A stretch of DNA of 64,000 bases from NCBI GenBank assembly GCA_000934665.2, contig KZ538031.1, forward strand, positions 62,001 through 126,000, written 5' to 3'. The translations under genes and the position numbers were made by a program. The notes under the pieces were generated by a model. The model saw nothing but the letters and a program-made list of their open reading frames with translations. It was not told the origin of the DNA and did not search any database. How positions within the stretch are numbered: the stretch's first letter is position 1; each line of letters starts with the position of its first letter. Source of the stretch: Catajapyx aquilonaris (taxonomy: Eukaryota). Positions 14,725-26,568 of the stretch are shown in pieces.

Positions 14725-15022
14725 CTAGCACGGGTCATTAGACGCTCCGGAGAAGGAGCCCGGCTCCGGAGAGGGTGGGTGTGGGGGTAGAAAAGGACCT
14801 GCCCCAGGGCCCTCTTCTTCTCCATTTTTTTCCCCCATCCTCCTTTCTTCCTCTCCTTACCAACCAAGCGACGATGCCACCATTTTGGGACCTTAAAATG
14901 TTGGCAGTTTCCGAATTCCATGCTTCGGGTCAGGCAGGCAGTCACGACACAGCCGGCCTTGGCAAGGAGCAATTTCCTTGGCATGGGGAGCATTATCCGT
15001 ACTTGCTTCTCCTTAGCCCAAT
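14725..15022 (-). CDS. Candidate exon of the unidentified minus-strand gene
   Basis: GC-rich island with acceptor ttgttcag|, stop-free frame ending ...HPLRSRAPSPERLMTRAR, phase-2 donor AG|GTAGGG. The frame choice is uncertain. Confidence 0.3.
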
Positions 15023-18000
15023 CTGAACAATCAACATGCACGTGATATGCCCGTGTTATTTTTGGGTACAACCCTGCTGTGAATGTCAGGGGGTCCTCAT
15101 TGGAGAAATTTTATACACCTGCATGGAGAGGCGTGTATGTGGCTATTTTCGGCAGCTTATTCAGATGGCCCTGGTTGTGAACTGAAAGGTGGTATTACGA
15201 GTCGATAGTGGCACCGCCGCATTCTCTCCCATTCCTTCTACACAAGAAGGGGGGACCCCAACCAGAAACACGTTTTTGCCCAGGTTCCTCCCTCCCTAAA
15301 TTTCCTCGAAATGGATAACCGTATGGCTGATGGTCTCATAAAATGAACATCTCATTTCTGGAAGTGGCGCTGCATGGCTTTATCAAATCTCCGGCTCTCC
15401 CTGTCACAACCGTATCAATTTGCCGCCGGAAGGACACCAGTCCTGTTGGCTGCTGCGGCTGACACAACTTTCGTCATTCAAATATTGCCACACCTTATGC
15501 ACTCTTTCACGTCAGCTCTTATCGGGCTAAGTTTATGGCCGGGTTCATGATAACCAAGTACTCCAGACGTTTTTTTAAAAAAATTCGGTCGCGTTGACAT
15601 GTGAATAACTCTTGCAGTGTGTAAAACAAGTTCCGCAGTTTAACCGGAAATCAATTGTACTGTATAATCGTGCATGTCGTATATTCCTCACGGGGCAATA
15701 AAGAATTCAGTGTGCAGCCCTTTGTAGCTGGCCAATTTGGTTATTTATTCATCGTAATTGCAGGTGAGTCTGGAAGGGGCTGAAAGCGTATATGCAGCAG
15801 GGTAGCACATGTGCAATTCCAGACTGTAACTGGCTTGATTCACGTCCTTGATGCATATTCTCAAAATAATATGGTTGTGATATACTGTCGTGCGCAGCAC
15901 GTGTGCGTTATCACACACTAGTATTGTGCAATAACGGAAATGGTTCCCTATTCGGGTAATTTTCAAATCAGACTTGTAATTTGCCGAATTGGAAGGTGTG
16001 CCCCCAATGCACAGTAGTACTATTATCGGAATGTCTTCGTCAAGTGAGCACAGGGTGATTCACAAATACACGCCCTCCCAATTATATTTTACTATGCAGG
16101 CTCTTAATCATTAATTAGGGCTACCCGCATCAAGTACATCTCAAAATTAAGCGAACATTCGCACAGTCATGATATTGTCATAAATGACACAAATTACGAC
16201 TAGTAACTTGATACTCTTTTTTTTGCCTAATGCCACAACTTTCAAACACCCACAATGAATGCGAATTGCAATTCAACATGCTCGTCTACAACGTTAACAG
16301 TTTGGAGACAGACGTAGTATCACCTTGTGTATACACCCGATATAGATCAATGTAGGTCACCCAAGTGCCGCTTCTGCCATGGTCTTCCGGCGTTCAGGCA
16401 TGCTCGCCAGCAAGCTTCATGCCATGAGGGGTGAATCCTCGAAGCGATAAATAATTTCTTGCCTCAAATGAGAAATCCCACGCAGGCAATTAATTAGGGG
16501 AGAGGCCACCCTGCGTGCGACCATTTCCCGTCCTGGGAAACACCCCTTTTTATCCGCAGAAGAGCTTCCGGACGCACGAATCCGAGTGCACTTTTGCACC
16601 CATATATATTTGCAATAAGCCACCCCTCACCTTGTTGGACAGCCATTGGCAACGATGTGAACAACACATTCACTTAATGCATTACGTCGGCCCAGTTTAT
16701 ATGATGATGACTGCTACAATTGGCGCGACCCTTTGTCTGCCGTCCGTGACCTGGTATTCACAGTTGACTGTACTCATCTCGGCGAATAACACATGGACAT
16801 TGCGCTTTGCCCTCAAGTTCTCCGGAGTAATTGCCGTGTAATTAATTTGTGTCCAGCCTGATATTGCTCCAAACACACCATTCTTGTGCCTCCGGTTTCA
16901 ATAATCCGATGGAAAGGAGTTGTCCGGCCTTGAAAGGGCCAATCAGAAAGGCCATTCCAGGGGGTTCGTGCTTCCTTTTACGACCGCCGTTTTGTGTTCC
17001 GTGCCTGGCCTCCAACTGTTGGTTGTTTTTTTTTCTGTCTTTCTCTTCCCTACCTCCTACCATTGTTGTCGGAAGTCAAACCGGTGTCACAACCCAGTGA
17101 AAAACTGTCACAATATATCCATAAATGTGTCCCGTGGTTGTCACAAATGAATTCAAGCCCATGCCTCATTGCACGGAACATGTACATTTTTACAAGCTCA
17201 TTGCGACTATATAACGACACCTGCTTTAGGGCCAGGCTTACCCTGGTAAACCAGCCAGCCGCGGGACAAAGAACAACCGCATTCTATTATTGATGTCTCC
17301 CTGCATCATATTCCATGGGGACCTCGAGAGTCCTCATACAAATTAGAGGCCCTGTTTTTAGAGGGGAAAAAAACCTAGCCTTGCTTAATAACTTCCGCCC
17401 CGAAAAGTCCGACTCCATTAAAAAATCAACTGGGGAGCCCCCTGGTCTGGGCAATTGAGCCAAATGACCTAAACGAGCCTCCCATGATGACTGCAGAGAG
17501 GGTCACTCACGGGGGCCAATGTGTATAAAACCCCCTCCAATATAAATTCAGGCAGGCAGCCGCTATGCCACGTAGTGCTACCAGCCACAGCCGATATTGC
17601 TAGGTAACGACAACCCAAATCGATGCCCAAATACCCACGGCCTTCGGCTAATTACAACGCAGCATCCTTGCTCGACTGTGAGCCCGCCCCCACCCCGATA
17701 TTGCCAGGATTAGTGCTATATGTCCGTACTGTACTTAGCTGGCTTCACCACGAAAAAACTGCTGATTTTCCACAGTGTCATTTGGTAGGCCTACTACTTT
17801 TTGATAAGTTATTTTGTTACGACCCACTCCATATAGAGGGTCATGGTAAAGGTGTCGCCTGTACTTGTTGACAACATCAACTGCATAGCGTGCAATACCA
17901 GTCGACCTTCGCTTGTGTCACGCTCTCCCCGTAAAATAACGCCGAATATCGTCCTAATGACCCATTAGTACTTAACCAAAACTAATTCTCACTCCTTTTT

Positions 18001-21000
18001 AAAAATATGAATCATTTAATTATTTATATCGCCAGAACCGATCCGGTCGATGTGTCCGTTCGAGCATGGCATGTCGGTATCCGCAGAAGCCTTTCGAGGA
18101 TCCTTCACCCACTTTCGCTAGGGATGGTATCGATCCCCCTGGCAATGGCCCTGTCCTGCACGCATCCAGCCGGCCATTTCCAGCTGTTTTTATCGATTCC
18201 AACGCCCCCCCCCCCCCCNNCCCCCCCCCCCCCCCAACTTGCAAATCGACGTCACCCTGCACAATGTTGGGAGGGGGTACTGGTCCAATGCCCGGCCGAC
18301 TGATGGTGACTTGGGTCAGCATCCTCCCTCCGTCAGAAGCCCCCCCCTCTCTAAAATGGACTGCACGCAAAGCAACGTCCGAAACACTGTTGCAAATGAA
18401 CACCTTCCAGTGGCTGACAGGTCTGAAGCGCACTCAAGGTCTGCTCGATCCGTGGGAAATGTAACTAGTTTTTTTTTTTCAGACAGAACCCTGTTTATGG
18501 CATGACGAAACCGCGGTAAAGGCGGCGGTACGTCACTCATTTCCGACTGCAGTGATGATTCACAGAATCCGGCGCAAACAGACACAACGTGGCTAATGCA
18601 ATAATACGATGATTAGTTTTTTTGCTGATTATCTTTGGACGGAATAGTGACGTATCAGAGCGATTAGGCTAGAAACCTGCATGTACAGTATATTCATAAT
18701 GTATAAAGCTCAAGGTAAAACCGACGCAGCGCAATGCAGCACAACCTGCTGTCATGCAATTCTCACGAGACACAAACTGACGTATGAAAGAGACAACTCT
18801 ATAGGTAAAATTTCACGTGAATGCTGCCGGTTATTCGTATGAACCGCTATATATTTCTATAGGCGCGTGGCTCCAAATCAATTCACTTTCAGATTGACAC
18901 CATGATTACTAATCAGCCTGTCCGCCCCACTACACCTGGATTAATATGTCAGCAACCTGTTCCGCCGATCAAAAAACTGCGACCACCCTGATTGGATGAC
19001 AGTACTTCCACCACTTGAAAGTGTACATCGCTTTGAACGCACAGTAGTCCGGTCTGTGAGAAGTGCGTGAGTTATCTCATTATCTCCATGTTCCAAGGTG
19101 CTATAAGAATCCCTTTCAGCCGGTGAGTCCACACAATACAACCGTCCATGCCACCGCACCGTGTTAGGTAATAATCAATTTGTGTTTATAATCTCCCAGT
19201 CAGTGGCTTCCCCTTCAAAGCCGCCTTGTCCTCCTGCTTTTGTTCAAGATTTTTGAACTGTCATGCCTGCCACCGGGGAATGACCAGGCGCTTTCTGAGC
19301 ATGTGGACGTGGCTGCTATTTGTCACAACAATGGTGTAATAACCAATAATTTATTATATTACTGACAAATTCTATAAATATGTTGAAACAGCCTGGATTC
19401 AAATCCAATATCCTCATTCTCTTTTTTCCCTGCTTCTGCCCCCCTTGCAATGGGGTGTCCACTATTGTAGACTTTGTTCCCAAACTCTGCTGTAGCGTTT
19501 GGGAAGTGGGCAAGCTAACTCCCTCCTGAATCTTTGATGAAAATGAAGCTGCGCAAGCCCCAACCGAGTTCCCCAGAGAAGAACGCGAGCCGCTTCCTTG
19601 ATGGGCTTTCAAAAGAGAGGGATGGGGGAAGACAGAAAGGGAAAAAAGGTGACACAACACCACTGCATACCAATCAGCCTGAGAGGGGTGGATTCAAAAA
19701 GGGGGAAGCTCCAAAAACTGTTTAAAATATATGGCTCAACTGGAATTTTTGTCTACACTATTTTTTGTGTGTGCCAAAACACAGGAGGGTTTCACTTTTC
19801 ATGTTGAAATCGAATCTGATTTTTGTCACAGTCGCTTGATGAATTAGTGGCTTCTACTGGGGTGGTCAGGCATACAGGTAACCAGTCTTTCGTTGGGGGA
19901 ACTGACAATAGATGGGGTGCACACCGACCGCAACAAAAAAAAAAATACAACAACATGGCCTGGGAGAAAGTTGCCTGGCTGGCCTGTACTCGCAGCGCAA
20001 GTTCAAGGCCGAGTTATGCCATTCACGTTGCCCGCCCCCCTTTGGATTCAATGACACCACTACTCACATTCTTCTCTATTTTCTTCCTGGAAAAACGGCA
20101 TTGGGGTAGGAACGGGGTAATTAAAAACAAATCGTACACCAGACAGGTAATACATAAAAACGGTCGCATACTGTCAGTACATTTGTCACTGGCAGCGTAT
20201 ATTTACATGAAAGTAAAAGGATAAGGTCACGAACCGCCATTACTCAGGCAATTACGCAATGACTGAGTCATCAAGATTCGTTACACTATCCCCTTGCAGG
20301 GGTCACTAACTTCTATTAGGCATTGCTGTTATCGTGTTTCAAATTAGTACCACAATAAACTTCCATCGGGGAAGACAAAAAAAAAAAAAATGCTGGCACA
20401 AAGTCCGTAACATGATGGACTGGCTGTAGAATCAAAATAATCCATGACCTACTTTTACTACAAACATAGTGCCGGAAAGTATGTGTGCTGACAGAGTGGC
20501 ATACAGTTTCGCTGTCATCTAGGTTGTCTCATATTATATTGAGCTGCACTATAGGCAGTTACTTGCAGGTTGGCAAACATATATACTGAAATTGATCCAC
20601 GTGAGCCATTGCCATTGGTGCATAGGATCAGTGCCCACGTGGCTTACAACAGTTGTAATGATCAAGTTCAAGCATCTGATTCCAATTTCAGGTCTGGAGC
20701 TATTTTTAACGCTGCTCTATTTGGCTTCGCAGTTCACTGTACTATGACGCTCAAATAGATGGAAGACGATTTTGCATTGAAGTGGAATTCCACAAATCGG
20801 CAACCCAATCTTTTTGAGCGATGTAGTAACATACACCACATGTATAGTACTGTATACTGTACCACAAATGACATGCCTGCCAATAAAATCCTCCCAATGC
20901 ATGGGGTTGTGTAAAAAGTGACATAGGAGTAGGCTATTTTGCACAATGACAGTCTTTCAACTGTCAATGTGAATACTGTAACAGGTTCATTCACAATAAA

Positions 21001-22904
21001 CATGGAAAAGCTACGATCCCATATAGGTTCATCCAGTACAAAATAATATGGAAAGCTAAAAAACGGAAAGTGGCTTCTATCATTTGCTGTCGAAAGATGT
21101 CTCGCCAACAGATATCCTCCATGAGTTCGTTTATTCAGCACAGGTAGGCCCTACTCGAGGCATTCTCTGCATTTAGGCTCTAGCTTTCTCCTTAATTTCA
21201 CCTAATTCTACAAATAAATATTTGTACGATAATTATTTCGGCCTTCGGGAAATGGGATGACTTGAGAAAAAATACTGCTCTAGCATACGGTAATTATTAG
21301 TAAAATAATTTGTGTGCATCGTCATCATCTTCAACAGTGTGCCACTTACGGAAACAAGAGGACATAACATGCTTACTTGGTATTCTGGCATCCTTACCTT
21401 ATCAGGAATCAAGAAACCAAAACCTTAATAATTGCCAGGTGGAATGCAACAGCACGTAACTAAGCACACTGGGAGTTAGCTGTATTCTCCCTGCTCAATC
21501 ATTGTCACAAACTTAGTAAGCAAGCAATTCCTACCAAAAATGAACATGTTGAGAAAAGGACCCTAATTCTTGTCTACCACATGTCTACATTCCACTAATT
21601 CCAGCCATGTCCCTGACCATTACTACTGTGCATTCCTGTGATGTTACTCCCTCCCAAGTGCAGCTTGGCATTGCTGCAACTCCCTGGCGCTCAATCTGGC
21701 ATTTTTATTTAACATGCATATGATTCAGGTTAAATGGGTCCACTGAGCTGCACAGGGGAGGTGGCGTCAATGTTGACATAAAATCCAGTTGCCCAAACAG
21801 CAATGACGCACAGTCTTTCCTGCTAGAGAAAGTGGACTGCCCTACCCCCATCAAGGCAGGTCAAGGGATAGTTTGTCAACAACACTAGTGTGGCAAATGG
21901 TACTACTGCAGTTAAACGTGGGGTAATGGTGCAAAGCAGAGTAAACATGCAGTTGCAACACGAAACCACTAGAGACACAGCTGTCAGGAATACTTGTGCT
22001 TTGCAGGCAACGTTCCCAAAATGTGTTGAAATAATTGGTGGTGCATTTTAATGATCACAGCATGTGCAATGGTGCAATGGGACTTCGTAGGTTTCCGACT
22101 AATTCCTCTCAAAACATGGTACCCATTACAACACTCTGGCTCTTTTGTAACATTTACACTCTCAACTCTTCCCGAGAAAAGCAAACATACTAAATTTAAC
22201 TATAGATAGCTAAACTGTTAGGAACAAATCCTGACAAAGGTTTGAGTAAAGATAGGATGCAACGGTACTGGTACTTGATAACACATGTGATAATTACATT
22301 GCATCACGAATGCACTTTGCAACACATCAGTTATTAATTGGGTACCGGTACCAGACATTTCCTTGGCCCAAAACACCAAATGTATATGACAAATGACACC
22401 CACCACTGTCAGCGTATTGAAGTTGTGACAATGGACATGTCACCAAAAGCACATACTCAGCCACACTAATGCATCGCCAAGAGTGGAATTTCCAGTAAAG
22501 GAGTGCCAGGCAATGATGTATGGCTGTAAGCGGCACAGAAATACAACTGGGAATAGACACAGTATGAAAAATGGATGACATCCAGTACCCTCATGCCATT
22601 CTAAATAACACTATGTCAGGAGAGCAATCATGTCAGCAAAAATAAGTTTGCTTGGAAAAATACTTGTTGCAGACTTTTACACCTCTAGAACGTATGATTT
22701 TGCATTGATGTTATTTTCTCCTTGCAGTTTCGCCTGGTATGTAACGACATCAATCCACTGAACAAAAACAAGGCGGATGATTTATGGAACATCCATTGTT
22801 CGGAATATTTCGCCTGCTTTACACATGCGTTTCCGTCACGCCTTTTCTTTATTCGGCAGTGTCCCCCCCATGCATTGTCCGAACATGCGTTATATGTACC
22901 GTAC

Positions 22905-23170
22905 CTGTCCGAGCTCTCGCAGCTGTCGTCCCTGTCCGCCCTCCTCTTGGCCTGCTGCTGCTTCTGCTGCTGTTCCACCGCCGTCGCATCCTTCCGCTTC
23001 ATTGTGGCGGAGGAGGGTGTGCCCTGGGCCGACCCCGCATCTTTCGGCGGGTGGCGCTGGCCCTTGGGTGGAAGCACGATGAGCACGGGTCCCCCTGCGA
23101 CCGTCCCCCACCGCAGCTGCAGGTCCGAGCGACGCCCCAGGCCGCCCGGCACACAGCCTCCCTCCGCCAT
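22905..23170 (-). CDS. Probable first coding exon of a large unidentified minus-strand gene extending toward and past position 1 (MAEGGCVPGG...MKRKDATAVEQQQKQQQAKRRADRDDSCESSD)
   Basis: ATG at 23170 in strong context (CCAAG-ATG-GCG), GC/CpG-rich open frame of 88 codons plus 2 nt, phase-2 donor AG|GTACGG at 22905/22904, CpG-rich promoter-like DNA at 23.2-23.7 kb. No recognisable domain. Confidence 0.5.
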
Positions 23171-23700
23171 CTTGGGGACGGGGGCCTGCCTGTCGAGCCT
23201 GGGCGGGCTGGCTCGGGCAGGGCTAGGCCAGGCAAAGAGGGTGGGGGGAGATGCGGCCCAGTGATGAGCACTCCCCACACCTCACCTCGCGACCCTACCC
23301 ACCCACCCACCGAAAAAATACCCGAAAAAAAAAAAAGGATGGATCCACGGGCATGGCGGCATCTGGGATTCGAATCGGTGCGGGAAAACACTTTTCCAAC
23401 ATTGGAATTTAAACCACTCTGCATATATGGGCATAACGTGGGACCGAGGGAAGGACATTTGACGTAATGTGTTGTTGTTTTGCCCGGCGGCTGACTGCAC
23501 GGCGGTGGGTAGGGTCAGTTATACTACTGGCGAGTGGGGATGATGCACTCTACCCGGTGTTATTGTTCTCGCGCCCGGTCGATGCTCGCGGTTGGGGGAT
23601 TTAATCGGGACTTCTATTAATCGCTCTTTGTAAGAAATATTCGGGGTGTGGTACGTCCGTGTGTTTCGAAACGCATGGACTGTTCAAACTCTCAAGTATA

Positions 23701-23859
23701 CACTGATGTAAACCACAAAAACATGAAAAGAGCATCACTGGTGAGTCTCCCATGGAACATTTGTAATGCTCTTGTGATGCTTTTTAGCAGCTAAAAAGCA
23801 TTAGAAAATGTTCCATGGGAGACTCACCGGTGATGCTCTTTTCATGTTTTGCAGCAGTG
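23701..23859. mobile_element. Palindromic MITE with CACTG termini and TA flanks
   Basis: TA|CACTGATGTAAA ... TTTTGCAGCAGTG|TA. Arms of about 45 bp (AAAACATGAAAAGAGCATCACTGGTGAGTCTCCCATGGAACATTT) are near-perfect inverted repeats. Confidence 0.75.
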
Positions 23860-25606
23860 TAGGCTGTATAACTATTTCAAGGAATACAAAGCCCAAATGT
23901 CACCTGTCCACTCTGATAGTGAATTCAGCTATGGAGGATGGAAGGGATGAATTCATGTACTGATGCCATGGACCTACAAAGAAGATCATACCAGGAGAAT
24001 GAGGCTGCTGGATGAGGCTTCCCTGTCATTAAATGGGTCAAGTGCACTCTAATGCAACCCTATCAGAAAGTTGGAGAATTATGTGATGCATGGCTGAAGA
24101 AATTGCTAATGAAAATATAAAGGGAGAAGAAAAGCCCTCATCCATATGGATTTGCCAGGAAAATATCTTTGCAAACAATCATACATAGCCTTAGCCACAT
24201 TCATGGTTCTCTGGACAAGTACGGTACACACAAACATTTGAGGAGAGAAACATCCTTATAGGGTGACTACCCCAAATGTTAGAACTTGAAATTATTGTAC
24301 TTCTGAAACATTACATGACCTTCAAAAAGCATGATGGTGAATGTACATTTTTTTTTGACATTCCAAACAGAAGCTACGACTTTTTCAAATTTGAAACTGG
24401 AAAGAGAAAGTGGCAACACAAGACGTCACAATAACTCACTTCAATAATGGAGGCTTTGACACTGCCACCAGCCACAACCGTGAGCCACAACCATGTCGTG
24501 CTTTTGTTGCTGTTGGATGCAATTGCATTCAACAGGGAGGATCTGATGTTGCTTTTCATAAATATGACAGGGTGACCATGGCAATACACTCCCACATCAG
24601 TTCAAGCCATACCATGACAATACTGTCATTAGGTAGTCACATGTCTTGTCTGCCACCTAATTCACCTGACCTTATCGAAAATGCTTAACTTTAAAATTGC
24701 AGCATCAAGTCAATAACCCAATGACATTGTGCCTATGGAGGGACTCAAAGGGGAGCTGCTGTTGTAGTAAAGTAATAACTTAATATAGCTCGGTAAATTC
24801 AACCTGAAAGTAATGGCATTTACACGATTGTGTAACATGAGATGAAAAAACCTGACAATGTATTAGTAATCAGATATTTATTCCTGATTTGTGGAGCACA
24901 CCTTGACACACAACAAACCCCTTCCTTTATCGCCTTATATTTTCAGTAGCGTTTTCCATCACTTCTGGGTCTTTCATAATTTTGGAAAAGTTGAAATGTA
25001 AACAGTACATCAAGAAGGTAAATAGAAATAATGGTCAAGGGATCCATTTAATTATAATTTCATGATATAAATTGTACATATATTACTTCTGTAGTTAACT
25101 ACTCTCATGATACCGACACTACACAGCCTAATGCTACTAAAAATTATGCATCCCGTTTTCAGAAGAAAAAAAAATACAGTAGCTTGTGCACTTGACTGGT
25201 AATTCTGAGTAGAAATTCTTGGTACGACTTCATGAATTACCTATTTTTAACTTCTCTTTGGATGATTGGTGCTATTGCAGGTTAAGCGAGTGTCCTTCAG
25301 GTGGCTATTGCTGTTCCATAATACTGTCTGTGTAGTATCAGTAAGTTCATACACTGAAGATATTCACATTGCAAAAGATAACAATAAAAAAATATACCAA
25401 TTGTATAAAAATTTTAACAAGTAAACTTTTGGCTGCTGCTTTGCAATAAACAATTTCAATCTCTAATTGAAAAATCTACATAACAAAATTCTTAGCCTGC
25501 TAATTTCTTGCTGGATATCCCCAGAGGAACATGCAATTTGTATCATTGATTCTTCAAAAAGTTGTGTTAATAAGCTATTTGGGACAAATTTAAGTTTCCT
25601 TTTAAC

Positions 25607-26140
25607 CAGTGACGTATTACCAAATAGGCCGAGTAGGCACGTGCCTAGGGCAGCAAATTTTAAGGGGCGGCAAAATAAAGTCATGGAGGCGGAAAATTTC
25701 ATTGAGAAAATTTTGATGCGTGCAAAAATATGTAATACATGGCGTCACCGTTCATGTGCCGCCCCAAGATGAATAGCCGATGCCTGAGACGAGTAAGGGC
25801 GAGAGTCCCGTGCACCCTTCCCCCCCTAGGACAGTGGGGATTCGTGCAGGATCTACACTTTCGCCCTTACTGGTCTGGACATGCACCAATTCACCATGGA
25901 GCGGCATAAAAGGTGTAAATAACCAGAAGATGAAATTCACTGGATAGTAGGAGTATCCATGACCAAAATTTCACATTTTTTGAAATAACAATTTATGAGA
26001 TATTTGGCCTTGAAATTCGCAAATTTTCGGAATTTCCCCAATCTAGGACCTAAAAATCAGCCAGGANNNNNNNNNNNNNNNNNNNGGGGGGCACAGATAA
26101 AGCTGTGCCTAGGGGCTGCAAAAACCTAAATACGTCACTG
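25607..26140. mobile_element. hAT-type non-autonomous DNA transposon, contains an N gap
   Basis: 12-bp TIR CAGTGACGTATT / AATACGTCACTG. 8-bp flanks CTTTTAAC (25599-25606) and CTTTTAAG (26141-26148) match 7/8; 8-bp TSDs are typical of hAT. Confidence 0.75.
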
Positions 26141-26568
26141 CTTTTAAGTCAGAACATTCAATGGCATAAGTACAGTAGTTGACGTAAGCACTTGAAAAAG
26201 GCACACCTTGTCTTCATTTAATTTTTTTCTTGTGGCCACTGGATACTTTTCATTAATATTGACAATCCAGCAAAAAAATATTCAAAAGTACAAAGCTTAT
26301 AAAATCCAGTTTGTGCTTCCTGTAATATCCTCTTGTTCCTCAGATCATAATTCTAGCTACAAAAACAAAAAGACCAGAAGCACCAACTAAACCACTAGTA
26401 CTGCATGTAAAGTCACATCAAAACTCTGAGATTTTTTTTTTTGCTTACACTCCACCTGAGCATATAGGAAAAATAAAGTCATCAACTATCCTTACCTGAA
26501 AGTTACAAACTTACAACATAATTATATGGGTTTCCAACGTACATGTGACATGAAGTAATTCTGAACAC

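Noticed and set aside
19393..19717. Exon-like island used as evidence for stop-disrupted exons
   Set aside because: Two different frames look protein-like and one is stop-free from a nearby acceptor, so neither the frame nor the disruption can be established.
1..20250. Fixed-period or general lag-4 structure underlying the run-rich patches
   Set aside because: Hand counts gave lag-4 identity of about 13/56 and 30/116, i.e. background, and I saw no regular spacing. Only lag-1 is clearly elevated.
22722..23467. Long plus-strand ORFs of 180-227 aa
   Set aside because: GC-rich antisense frames over the minus-strand first exon, with no recognisable product.
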